DNA of 64,000 nucleotides from an uncultured Alphaproteobacteria bacterium (GTDB taxonomy: Bacteria; Pseudomonadota; Alphaproteobacteria; Micavibrionales; Micavibrionaceae), in contig CAWUJS010000002.1 of NCBI GenBank assembly GCA_963922705.1, forward strand, positions 4,606-68,605, read 5' to 3'. Shown here piece after piece: positions 17,472 to 26,868 of the stretch. Numbering within the stretch: the first letter of the stretch is position 1; the number at the start of each line of letters is the position of its first letter. The translations under genes were made by a program, and so were the position numbers. The notes beneath the pieces are model-generated. The model was not told where the DNA came from and ran no database searches. It was given only the letters and a program-made list of their open reading frames with translations.

Positions 17472-18386
17472 TCATGATCCTCCACCCACCAGAATATCAA
17501 GCACGGCCATCCTCGTTGGAATACCATTTTTCACCTGTTTTAAAATCAAGCTCCGTGAAGGGTCTTCTGCCACGCTATCTTCCATCTGGACATTCCTAAC
17601 CAATGGCCCTGGATCCATGACAATTGCTTTGGGGCAGTACTCATCCAATTTTGCAAGCGTCACGCCAAATTCATTAAAATAAGCTGCATCAGAAGCAATC
17701 AGAGCCGTATCCATGCGTTCTTTTTGCAAGCGAATAGTCATAACAACATCACTACCCGGAAGCCCGTCATCAAGAGAATTGAATGTCTCAACATCAGATA
17801 CAACAAGCTTTTCCGGCATTAAAACATCCGGTGCAATCACGCGCACATTCGCACCCATCTTTGTCAAAAGCTGCATGTTCGAGCTTGCTACGCGGCTATG
17901 GGCAATATCCCCGATAATCGTAACATTCAAACCCTCAAGAGAGCCAAAATGCTGATGCATTGTTAAAGCATCCAGCAAAGCTTGTGTTGGATGTTCCCGC
18001 CAGCTATCACCACCATTAATTACTGGGCAATGCGCACGCGAAGCTACGAATTTCGGCGCACCGAATTCTGAATGCCTTAGGACAATAGCGTCGGGCTGCA
18101 TGGCGCATAAAGTATCAATCGTATCGATAAAATTCTCACCTTTGGAAAGAGAACTTGTCTCGGGGTTCCAATTAATAATATCCGCGCCCAGACGTTTTGC
18201 CGCCATTTCAAAAGACGTCAAAGTGCGCGTGGAATCTTCAAAGAAAAGATGTAAAATAATTTTACCATCTAGTTTCTGCTGATCCCATTTGCCAAGGGCA
18301 AGTCCTTCTGCATAATATTGCGCACGGTCTAAAATCGTATCAATCTGATCCGCATCCAGCTCATCTATGCCTAAAAGATGTTTCAT
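17472..18386 (-). CDS. pyrB: aspartate carbamoyltransferase catalytic subunit
   Basis: 304 aa with the carbamoyl-phosphate motif EDSTRTLTSFE and the HPTQALLD motif. Confidence 0.95.
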   Translation of the reverse strand: MKHLLGIDELDADQIDTILDRAQYYAEGLALGKWDQQKLDGKIILHLFFEDSTRTLTSFEMAAKRLGADIINWNPETSSLSKGENFIDTIDTLCAMQPDAIVLRHSEFGAPKFVASRAHCPVINGGDSWREHPTQALLDALTMHQHFGSLEGLNVTIIGDIAHSRVASSNMQLLTKMGANVRVIAPDVLMPEKLVVSDVETFNSLDDGLPGSDVVMTIRLQKERMDTALIASDAAYFNEFGVTLAKLDEYCPKAIVMDPGPLVRNVQMEDSVAEDPSRSLILKQVKNGIPTRMAVLDILVGGGS

Positions 18387-18424
18387 AAATTACTTTCTTA
18401 AAAATTTAGGTGCTGAATCGTACA

Positions 18425-18967
18425 TTAAAGAATATGTTTTAAAAAAGGAAGAAATTGGTAAATAGAGGCGGTAAAAATACCAACGCAAAAACCGGGGCCA
18501 GCGGGGATGGAAAAATGCGATAGCTTTCCGGTGTCCTGTTCCTGCATTTTTTTATAATATAAAACGCAAAGACTATGGATAATCCCGGCAAAGGCACCAA
18601 TGGCAATCGCCAGCAAAATACCTTGTGATCCAAGCCAAACACCACCAGCCGCCACCAATTTCACATCACCAAGGCCGAGCGTATCTTGTTTATAGATTTT
18701 GTTGCCCGCCAATCGAATACCATATAACAGCCCCCCGCCAATAATGGCGCCCAATACCATACCCTCAAAGGAAAGCCATGAAAAAGCTGTCAAGCTATGA
18801 AAGATTATCCCACATGCTGCAAGTCCTGCATTATATATATTCGGCAAAAGACCGATTTTTAAGTCAATCACGGATAAAACAATAAGCAAGACAAAGGCCA
18901 AAGCAAGACATAGCAAAGTAAAAGTTTCCAGAATCATAGAGTGATTGCCATTTATCTCTTTAGTCAA
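18425..18967 (-). CDS. A24-family prepilin peptidase (CpaA-like)
   Basis: 180-aa polytopic membrane protein with conserved Asp-containing loops (SVIDLK..., LGLGDVKL), typical of type IV/Flp prepilin peptidases. No other pilus genes are adjacent. Confidence 0.7.
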   Translation of the reverse strand: MTKEINGNHSMILETFTLLCLALAFVLLIVLSVIDLKIGLLPNIYNAGLAACGIIFHSLTAFSWLSFEGMVLGAIIGGGLLYGIRLAGNKIYKQDTLGLGDVKLVAAGGVWLGSQGILLAIAIGAFAGIIHSLCVLYYKKMQEQDTGKLSHFSIPAGPGFCVGIFTASIYQFLPFLKHIL

Positions 18968-19117
18968 AGTATGCTAAATACACAATTGAGCTCTAACTCA
19001 CAATTATCAAGTAAGGAATGATTCACTGCTAATCGCCGGCCTAGTACGTGAAATTGTTTACACGGCTGAAAATATCCCGGAATTTAAGAACCTTACCCGA
19101 ACCTATAGATATAGAAT

Positions 19118-19171
19118 AAAAAGGCCCGGCTCATCATTAAATCAGGATAAAGGATGACAAGCCGGGCTTTT
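19118..19171 (-). terminator. bidirectional intrinsic terminator
   Basis: GCCCGGC/GCCGGGC outer stem plus TCATC/GATGA inner stem. It is flanked by AAAAA on the left and TTTT on the right, 67 nt downstream of the small ORF at 19238-19408. Confidence 0.6.
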
Positions 19172-19237
19172 GAAAGTGCCTGCTTTTCAGGGGTTCACGG
19201 TAGGGTAAGGGCAAGCAGGCGTGGGTATTTTTAAAAT

Positions 19238-19408
19238 CTAGCGGTGATGTTGTTGATTTTGATCACTATGCAACACATCAAAAATATCATCGTGGCCATC
19301 TACAAAATCGTTTAAACGCGATAACTCAAAGGCTTTACGTTCCAATATAGAAATATCAAAAACTTTTGATTGTATCGTATTATTATTCGTTTTTATTGAT
19401 TGACGCAT
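19238..19408 (-). CDS. small hypothetical protein (56 aa), below the ORF-track cutoff
   Basis: My translation is MRQSIKTNNNTIQSKVFDISILERKAFELSRLNDFVDGHDDIFDVLHSDQNQQHHR. An AGGTGA SD lies 5 nt upstream of the ATG, and the hairpin terminator lies downstream. Confidence 0.4.
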   Translation of the reverse strand: MRQSIKTNNNTIQSKVFDISILERKAFELSRLNDFVDGHDDIFDVLHSDQNQQHHR

Positions 19409-19644
19409 ATCATCACCTTTTCGTTATAGTCTGTTTGTTGTGTAAATATTATTTGCGAAAAATATGCCAAAAGCCGTGCGTAAAAAATTGTTTTACAAAC
19501 AGTGTCTTACGCTAAGATTGTATTTTTTATAAAAGCGGCAAAAATATACATAAGAAAAAAATTCCCAGTACAACCCGGCAAAAGTTTACCCTTTGCCAAG
19601 TTTAGGCTATCCTAAAAGATGCCTAATCTATAAAATGGTCTCCA

Positions 19645-20505
19645 ATGCTTCAACGCTTTATTATCACTGTATTTTTTGTTGGCTTCATGTGCTCAAGCTC
19701 AACTGCTATGGCATTGGATGTGAAGCTTCCCGGACAGGCACACGGCTTTGAAGCTCATAGAGCTATTTATGCGGTTGATTTGCAGTCATCGCGTTCTGCA
19801 AGCAGAATTGTCAATATTTCAGGGCATATGTATTATGAATGGGTCTATGATTGTGATGCTTGGAACTCTCAATATCGCTTCAATGTTTTGTATGAGTATG
19901 CAGATGCTCCGGCTGTCAGAATTACCAGTGATTTTTCAAATTTTGAAGCATATGATGGAGATAATCTTGATTTTAGTGTCGTGCGTAAACAAAATGGGCG
20001 TCAATATCAAGAAATTCGCGGCCATGCTCATAACAATGACGGCCAGAATGCAGAGGCCATATATAACCAGCCTGCAGGCCTTGTCCAAACATTGCCGCAA
20101 GGCACTTTATTTCCGATGGCGCATACTCTAAAAATTATCGATGCTATAAAAAAAGAAGAAAAGTTTTTCAACGCCACTATTTTTGATGGCAGTGACGGGG
20201 AAGGGCCTGTTGAGATTAATGCTTTTCTTGGAAAGCCGGTTCAGACTGATGTTATTTTGGATCAAATCAAGGGTAATTCTGCTTTGGATCAGAATTTGTT
20301 AAAAAGCCCAGCATATAATTTACAACTTGCCTTTTTCCCATTGAACAAAAATGAACAGCAAGCAGATTATGAAATGGATTTAACTTTGCATCATAACAGC
20401 GTTATCAGTGATATGCTTATTCATTATGGTGATTTTAGCGTTCATCAAAAACTTATTGCTATCGAACCAATCGATACAGAGCAAACATTACAATCTTGCC
20501 AATAA
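19645..20505 (+). CDS. DUF1849 / EipB-family periplasmic cell-envelope integrity protein
   Basis: Signal peptide, then HRAIYAVDL...SGHMYYEW..C.., which fits the DUF1849 pattern. Cys70 and Cys285 sit where I recall the Brucella EipB disulfide pair to be. Confidence 0.6.
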   Translation: MLQRFIITVFFVGFMCSSSTAMALDVKLPGQAHGFEAHRAIYAVDLQSSRSASRIVNISGHMYYEWVYDCDAWNSQYRFNVLYEYADAPAVRITSDFSNFEAYDGDNLDFSVVRKQNGRQYQEIRGHAHNNDGQNAEAIYNQPAGLVQTLPQGTLFPMAHTLKIIDAIKKEEKFFNATIFDGSDGEGPVEINAFLGKPVQTDVILDQIKGNSALDQNLLKSPAYNLQLAFFPLNKNEQQADYEMDLTLHHNSVISDMLIHYGDFSVHQKLIAIEPIDTEQTLQSCQ

Positions 20506-20605
20506 AACTATTCTCTTTCACCTGAAAAAACGATAGGATTTTATTAAATATAATTTAGGGATTTATCATTTACTCTAATGAAATATGGGGTGATAAAAGA
20601 ATAGT

Positions 20606-20986
20606 ATGAGCAAAACAGTTCTTATTGTTGAAGATAATACATTAAACATGAAGCTTTTTCATGACCTTCTCGAAGCGCATGGTGTGAATACGATAGAAAC
20701 CTATGATGGGAAAAATGTTATTGACCTTGCGCGCGAGCATAATCCAGATCTCATATTAATGGATATACAATTGCCTGAAATTTCTGGGCTTGACGTTACA
20801 AAAATGCTCAAAGATGATGAAGACTTAAGGCAAATACCTGTGATAGCAGTGACAGCTTTCGCGATGAAGGGTGATGAGCAGAAAATACGTGAAGGTGGCT
20901 GTGAAGACTACATATCCAAGCCGATCTCGGTTGTCAATTTCATGGATACAATAAACCGCTATCTCGGTTCCGAAGAAGAGGCCTGA
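20606..20986 (+). CDS. divK: single-domain response regulator DivK
   Basis: 126-aa REC domain (VLIVEDN..., [13 protein letters not shown]) immediately upstream of pleD, the alphaproteobacterial divK-pleD operon. Confidence 0.85.
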   Translation: MSKTVLIVEDNTLNMKLFHDLLEAHGVNTIETYDGKNVIDLAREHNPDLILMDIQLPEISGLDVTKMLKDDEDLRQIPVIAVTAFAMKGDEQKIREGGCEDYISKPISVVNFMDTINRYLGSEEEA

Positions 20987-20993
20987 AATTTAA

Positions 20994-22427
20994 ATGTCCG
21001 CACGTGTTCTAGTCGTCGATGATATATTGCCAAATGTAAAGTTACTGGAAGCAAAGTTAACCAGTGAATACTATGATGTTCTCACTGCTACAAACGGTGA
21101 AGAGGCACTCTCGCTCGTAGAAAGAGATAGCCCGGATCTGGTTTTACTCGATGTTATGATGCCAGGGATGGATGGTTTTGAGGTTTGTGATCGTATTAAA
21201 AAAGATCCGACATCCGCGCATATCCCTGTTGTTATGGTTACGGCATTAACGGATGCTGAAGATAAAGTGCGTGGCCTTGAATCCGGAGCTGATGATTTTT
21301 TGAGCAAGCCGATTAATGATACGGCCTTAATGGCACGCGTGCGCTCGCTGGTACGCCTTAAAATGACAACTGATGAATGGCGTGTGCGTGAGAATACGGC
21401 AAACCAGCTTGGTGTTGTTGATAATGCTTCTAATGTCATGTCGGAAGCTACGGATAACGCTAATATCCTCATTATAGAAGATAAAGATTTTGAAGAGCGT
21501 AAAATGGTCGAAACCCTTGAAAAGGATCAACACACAATTACTGCTGTTCACACAGGTGCGGATGTTATTGGCAAGGTTGCAGAAGAAGATTTTGATTTGC
21601 TTATCATCAGCCTGAATTTAGATAATGAGGATGGCCTGAGACTTTGTTCGCATCTAAGATCTAATGAAAAAACGCGGTCTACGCCAATTTTAATGATTGG
21701 TGAAGAACAAGACATGGAGCGCATTGCACATGGCCTTGAAATAGGTGCTCATGATTATGTTATGCGCCCGGTTGAGCGTAATGAACTTCGTGCCAGGGTT
21801 CGCACACAAATCCGACGAAAACGCTTTCAGGAACGCCTAAAATCATCCTATGAAATTAGTCTGTCCATGGCGCTGACTGATAGTTTAACAGGTCTTTATA
21901 ACCGTCGCTATCTTGAGGTGCATTTAGAAAAATTATTGGAAAAAAATCGCCATGATCGTAAATCAATGGCTGTCTTAATGATTGATATTGATCATTTTAA
22001 ATCTGTTAATGACAGTTACGGGCATAATGTTGGTGATGAAATTTTGAAAATATTTGCAGAACGGCTCAAAGATAGTTTAAGGCCAACAGATTTGGTGGCT
22101 CGTTTTGGTGGAGAAGAGTTTACCGTTATACTGCCCGATGTTACTAGCGAGAGGGCTCACATGGTTGCCGAGCGTTTGCGCAGAAATATTGCCAAAGATC
22201 CTATTACATGCTCAACGCCTGAAGGGTATTTAAATATTACAACCTCTATCGGTGGTGCTATTCTTGATTATGTTGATTCTAACAATGTTCATAATGCACT
22301 AGAACGTGCGGATAAGACACTCTATGCCGCGAAAGAAAGTGGTAGAAACTGTTGCTTTTTCGAAGGTATAGGGATGCTAGATCCGGAAAAGGTTCCTGTT
22401 CGCGAACGTGCGCGTGAGGCAAGTTAA
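20994..22427 (+). CDS. pleD: response regulator / diguanylate cyclase PleD (REC-REC-GGDEF)
   Basis: 477 aa with two receiver domains and a GGDEF domain. The active site GGEEF is intact and the I-site RPTD lies 5 residues upstream. Confidence 0.9.
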   Translation: MSARVLVVDDILPNVKLLEAKLTSEYYDVLTATNGEEALSLVERDSPDLVLLDVMMPGMDGFEVCDRIKKDPTSAHIPVVMVTALTDAEDKVRGLESGADDFLSKPINDTALMARVRSLVRLKMTTDEWRVRENTANQLGVVDNASNVMSEATDNANILIIEDKDFEERKMVETLEKDQHTITAVHTGADVIGKVAEEDFDLLIISLNLDNEDGLRLCSHLRSNEKTRSTPILMIGEEQDMERIAHGLEIGAHDYVMRPVERNELRARVRTQIRRKRFQERLKSSYEISLSMALTDSLTGLYNRRYLEVHLEKLLEKNRHDRKSMAVLMIDIDHFKSVNDSYGHNVGDEILKIFAERLKDSLRPTDLVARFGGEEFTVILPDVTSERAHMVAERLRRNIAKDPITCSTPEGYLNITTSIGGAILDYVDSNNVHNALERADKTLYAAKESGRNCCFFEGIGMLDPEKVPVRERAREAS

Positions 22428-22447
22428 GTGTTTGAGCTGCTTAGAAT

Positions 22448-23605
22448 TTATGCACCTGTACTTGAGGCAAGTAATAAATAGTGGCGGCGGTCAATAAGAC
22501 CTTGTTCATAGACAATTTCAGCGGATTTTTCCATTGTTTGGCCATATTGGTTAATCATGCGCTGAATTTCATTAGGCCACTCAACAAAAGACATATCCAT
22601 GAGTTTTTCACGGACGTCATCGGGAAATTTCATCCATTCACGAACGCCGATGCGCCCACCGCCTTCTCTTGGAACCAGAGCCTGCGTCACGACTAATCGG
22701 AGAGTTTCCATCAGGGCTATAGCGCGTTCCTCACGCTCAGTCATATCATAACTGGACAGCATACGCTGGATAGTTGCGGCGACGCCTGTCGTATGTGTTG
22801 TTGTATAAACGGCATGTCCAGTCTGTGCCGCTTCAATAGACGCATTGATTGTTTCTTGATCACGCGATTCGCCAACCAGAATAATTTCGGGTTTTCGTCG
22901 CAGTGCATTACGAACACCATGGGCGAAATTAGGCAAATGCCTTGGTATTTCTGATTGTGCGACAAGGGATCTGGGACTATCTATAGAGTCATAAACATAT
23001 TCAATTGGCGCTTCGTAAGTCAGCATCTTTCCACATCCGCTTGGCCTCTCCAAAAGCATACGATTGCCTGCTGCAAGTAATGTCGTCTTACCGGAACCTG
23101 TAGGACCGGTAATAACAACCATGCCCTGACGCGGTGCCCAGGCTTTGATGATTTCTTCTTCTATCTGCAAATCTTGCATGGTCGGTGGTTCACTCGGTAA
23201 AACGCGCATCGTTATTTGAGCAGCGTCGCGTCCGCGTGAGAGAATCGCTGTAATATTCACACGAAAACGAATTCGCGTATATCTATCCGGTCTGATCTCA
23301 TAGGAAATATCAAGATCTCTGGCCGATGCCAATCTGGCTTGCGCTTCTGGACCATATATTTTGGTTAGGAATATCGCCATATCAGCGGCATCAATATTGC
23401 GAAATGTCCCAGGATAGAGAGCGCCGTGAATCTCGTTATAAACTGGCCTGTCTGACTGAATAGAAATATCAGACGCATTTTGTTTCACACACCAGAGTAA
23501 AAAGGGGTCAATGTGATCTTCTTGGAAACGATCCGGCTCATCGGGCCAGGTTTCTGCGAAGTTATCTTCAGGTTTTAAAAGACTTATCGGCTTGCGGGCT
23601 GCCAT
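22448..23605 (-). CDS. dotB: type IVB secretion ATPase DotB (IncI TraJ-like, PilT/VirB11 class)
   Basis: 385 aa with Walker A GPTGSGKTT, Walker B/Asp box ILVGESRD and a His box TTHT. It overlaps the dotC-like gene by 22 nt, in dotD-dotC-dotB order. Confidence 0.85.
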   Translation of the reverse strand: MAARKPISLLKPEDNFAETWPDEPDRFQEDHIDPFLLWCVKQNASDISIQSDRPVYNEIHGALYPGTFRNIDAADMAIFLTKIYGPEAQARLASARDLDISYEIRPDRYTRIRFRVNITAILSRGRDAAQITMRVLPSEPPTMQDLQIEEEIIKAWAPRQGMVVITGPTGSGKTTLLAAGNRMLLERPSGCGKMLTYEAPIEYVYDSIDSPRSLVAQSEIPRHLPNFAHGVRNALRRKPEIILVGESRDQETINASIEAAQTGHAVYTTTHTTGVAATIQRMLSSYDMTEREERAIALMETLRLVVTQALVPREGGGRIGVREWMKFPDDVREKLMDMSFVEWPNEIQRMINQYGQTMEKSAEIVYEQGLIDRRHYLLLASSTGA

Positions 23606-24441
23606 GCATCAAATCCTGTCATGAGTTCAGGAACGCCTGTAATTTGTACAGCACGGTCACCTACGCGCATTTCGTCGCCATCACCGGTTATACCGCGATC
23701 AACCTGCAGCGCATAAGGTGGTGATATCATACCTTGCGATAATAAGATACGATAGCGAATCATGCCTTGAAAATCCGCATTCAACAGATTTAAATCTTCC
23801 TGAAAAATCTCATTGGCTTGAAGAACACCTTGCTCCCAGCCTTTACGAATATTTTCAATCCAGACTTTTCTTTCTTCATCATCTTCCGGGCGTAAAATAT
23901 CGGGCGGAGGCTCAACGTCGCCCCAGTCGCGCTCAACATAGTTCCGCCAGTTACGAGGGGCTGAAACAATACGTGCATTGTTGATAATATTATAAATACG
24001 ATCAGAAACAGCAGCTTGTTGCCCGTCTAAATCAACCAAAGTGGCGTTAACGGCCTCACTGACGATCGGTGGTTCAATTAGAAATCCAGAAGGCGCCGGG
24101 ATCAGTAATTTTCGAAAATCATAGACTTTATCCAAATGTCTGGAGCGTCTATCAATTTCTTTTCGAATCTCAAATGTACGTGCGGCAAGCCCCGCACGTG
24201 CGCCAAAAGAAATAGCAGCTTCTTTAACGGCATCAATACGAATATCAAGGGGCATGCCCGTCTCGCCCTCTGTAATTTCGTTTTCCCGCTCAAGTCCTTC
24301 AACTTCTTCAAGGGTGGGAGGGGTATTTAATAGCTCGCTTTCATCTATCTCGGTATTGGCACATACGGCCGAAGATACAGCAAAAGACACTACGATTGCA
24401 GTGAGGGCATATATTTTTTTCAAGTGACAGATACGCAACAT
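23584..24441 (-). CDS. dotC: type IVB secretion outer-membrane-complex protein DotC (TraI-like)
   Basis: 285 aa with a signal/lipobox-like N-terminus (SSAVC). Its size and its position between DotD-like and DotB-like genes fit DotC, and I recognise the sequence pattern as DotC family. Confidence 0.75.
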   Translation of the reverse strand: MLRICHLKKIYALTAIVVSFAVSSAVCANTEIDESELLNTPPTLEEVEGLERENEITEGETGMPLDIRIDAVKEAAISFGARAGLAARTFEIRKEIDRRSRHLDKVYDFRKLLIPAPSGFLIEPPIVSEAVNATLVDLDGQQAAVSDRIYNIINNARIVSAPRNWRNYVERDWGDVEPPPDILRPEDDEERKVWIENIRKGWEQGVLQANEIFQEDLNLLNADFQGMIRYRILLSQGMISPPYALQVDRGITGDGDEMRVGDRAVQITGVPELMTGFDAWQPASR

Positions 24442-24461
24442 CTGCTTAATCCTTTTTGACC

Positions 24462-24968
24462 TTAGCCTCTGGCACCTGTGTTAGGTGCATAATGAATTTC
24501 AACAATGCGAGCATTCGCATCAACACGCACATCTGCGCGAACACCGAGTTGAACACCGACATCGCGTAAAACCTCGATAACAGGCTTATTTTCAACATCA
24601 ATAGAAACAATAACAGGAACCACGGGCTTTGTACCAACGGTTATGAAATTATAACTTGCACGATCTGCAAGTGTTTTTGTTATTTGCTCAGCCGGACCGA
24701 CCCAGTTTACGGTAATTGCGCGTCTTAGCTCTACAGGTGCATCGCCAATCGGAGCAGCCGCGATTGCAGGACCGCGAGCATGCTCTACAGCGGCAAGCGT
24801 TTCCAGTGCAGAGCTTGCGCGACTTGCTGCATCTGCCAGCATAGCGGAAACACTATCAGGTTCTGCAACAAGCTGTGGTGAGAAATTGCTAAAGCTTCTA
24901 GCAGTCTCGCAACCCACTAAAAAAAGCATTGAAGCACATAAACATAGATTTAAAAACTGACGTGTCAT
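24462..24968 (-). CDS. dotD: type IVB secretion lipoprotein DotD (TraH-like)
   Basis: 168 aa with the lipobox LVGC at residues 16-19. Size and position match DotD/TraH upstream of dotC. Confidence 0.75.
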   Translation of the reverse strand: MTRQFLNLCLCASMLFLVGCETARSFSNFSPQLVAEPDSVSAMLADAASRASSALETLAAVEHARGPAIAAAPIGDAPVELRRAITVNWVGPAEQITKTLADRASYNFITVGTKPVVPVIVSIDVENKPVIEVLRDVGVQLGVRADVRVDANARIVEIHYAPNTGARG

Positions 24969-25107
24969 AACTGGTTAATACCTTGCAAATCGATTTATTA
25001 AGTACAAGCATTAAATGAACTATTTATAATAATCAAGATTAATGCGAGTTGCGCCCCCCTGCAAGACAACAAGAATAGTTGCCCCCAATGAAATATCAGC
25101 GAAAATA

Positions 25108-25524
25108 TCATCTATTTTTCTTAACAAGACCATTATCATGCAAAACCTCAATCACTTTTTTCTTATAACGTGTTCCATGGCGCGGTGTACGGGAATGATA
25201 ATGCGCGATTGCCTGTGAAATACTGCCTGTTTCATTGAGATGGCCTTTTAAAATCCATGCAGAAACACCAACATTTGTGCAGGCATCATCTCTTACCCAT
25301 TTACGAGCAGTTTTTTCACTAACACCCCATTTTTTTGCCAATTCCGGTAGCCAAATTGTATTAATTTGCATGGGACCCATATCATAGGAGCCGTTTTTGT
25401 TTTTAACTTCTTGCCCGACTTTGCCGCCTTCAACCTTGTAAATGCCTACAAGCACAGCAGGCGGTACAGAATAAGTCTGTGATGCAAGCATTAAACAAGC
25501 GGCGAGAATTTTACTGGCTGCCAT
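25108..25524 (-). CDS. lytic transglycosylase (SLT domain, VirB1/IagB-like)
   Basis: 138 aa with a signal peptide, a catalytic-Glu context (YKVEGG) and GPMQIN plus AHYHS motifs typical of small specialised SLT enzymes. Confidence 0.8.
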   Translation of the reverse strand: MAASKILAACLMLASQTYSVPPAVLVGIYKVEGGKVGQEVKNKNGSYDMGPMQINTIWLPELAKKWGVSEKTARKWVRDDACTNVGVSAWILKGHLNETGSISQAIAHYHSRTPRHGTRYKKKVIEVLHDNGLVKKNR

Positions 25525-25562
25525 CCCTAACTAACCTTTTCAACTTTACCTAAAATTCCAAA

Positions 25563-26732
25563 TTATTCTTTCTTACCAAAAAACGACATTGGATTACCAC
25601 CAGTTTGATCACCACTGCCAGAATCATCCCCTTTTTCATCGGACTTTTCATCAGCTGCCGGGATAGATGGGGCTTCTTGTGCAGGCGGTGGTGATGCGGG
25701 CGGCGCTGTAACTGGAGGTGTTTCCGGCTGCACTAATGGCGGCGATACCGAATTATCATCTAAAGGTGGCGCTGTGTCTTCATCTTTTGGTTGCGCAAAG
25801 AAACCCATGGGGCTTGCCCCACCCGAAGATTCCACTGAAACTTCTCCAGCAGCTGCTTCTGTTTGTGCGGGCGGTTGAGGCGCTTGCGGTTGAACAGGTG
25901 GTGTTTCCGGCTGAGGTTTGGCTGGCGGCGCTACTGAGCCAGCCCCTTGGGCTGCTTCTGTAACAACATTCCCGGGGATCATATTTTTAACAACGGCTTC
26001 AAGCATAGCGGTCCGTGTTTCAAAGGCCTCCCATACTGGTGCAATGGATAAATCTTCCGGAATGTCCGCATCTGATCCAACCAAACGTTTTGTTTCACCT
26101 TCATGACAAGCAGCATAAATATCTGCATTTGCGCGCAAAACAGCCAGTTCTGCAAGCTTTTGATCGTCACCCGTTAGATCAGGCAGCAAAGCCTCCCGCA
26201 TCTCGGCAGTACGTTTAACCAGACGATCAGATACATCCATCATCAATTTTTGCTCAGGCTGTCCAAATGGAAAGTTACTGATGGCATTAATAACCGGGAT
26301 CAACGCGTTTGCATATTGAATAGTAACTTGATTGGCATCAACGGGCGTTCCGTTTGCCTTTAGTTGCTCCAAACGACCGACATTATCCGGACTGAGATTA
26401 AAATTATCACCAAATGTTAAAATGGCCTGCATAGCGGACTGAATACGCGATAAATCACCAGTTTCAGGTATTTTTCCTCTTTTTTGATATTGATCTGATA
26501 TAATTGAGCCAGCTAACGCGGCAAGAACAACCCTAAGCGAATCATCTTGCGAATCTGTCGGATTAAGGTCAAGAACCTGATTCATTGAGATACTTGTTTC
26601 AACAACTTTAGCCAAAAGACTGGCAACAATTTGCGCAGTATCAGTATCGTTATTGCCATGCTCTGCAGCACTCAGCAAAGGGACACCGATTTTATCTATA
26701 ATTTGAATAAGATATTGTGCGCGTTGATTCAT
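25563..26732 (-). CDS. hypothetical protein with a proline-rich, internally duplicated C-terminus
   Basis: 389-aa ORF. The helical N-terminal ~260 aa has no signal peptide or TM segment. The C-terminus holds two modules, QPETPPV...PPAQ...G(G)xSPMGFFAQPK and QPETPPV...PPAQ...GGNPMSFFGKK. Confidence 0.65.
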   Translation of the reverse strand: MNQRAQYLIQIIDKIGVPLLSAAEHGNNDTDTAQIVASLLAKVVETSISMNQVLDLNPTDSQDDSLRVVLAALAGSIISDQYQKRGKIPETGDLSRIQSAMQAILTFGDNFNLSPDNVGRLEQLKANGTPVDANQVTIQYANALIPVINAISNFPFGQPEQKLMMDVSDRLVKRTAEMREALLPDLTGDDQKLAELAVLRANADIYAACHEGETKRLVGSDADIPEDLSIAPVWEAFETRTAMLEAVVKNMIPGNVVTEAAQGAGSVAPPAKPQPETPPVQPQAPQPPAQTEAAAGEVSVESSGGASPMGFFAQPKDEDTAPPLDDNSVSPPLVQPETPPVTAPPASPPPAQEAPSIPAADEKSDEKGDDSGSGDQTGGNPMSFFGKKE

Positions 26733-26868
26733 ACTTTATTAGACCCAGACCATAATCTTTCAGGGAAGTATAAACCAAACACGTAAACACATAAAGTCGT
26801 CATTACAGATTTTGTTATGTGGGGTCAGGACCTAAATAAGCTTGAGCTGTTCTCGTTATATGGTGACG

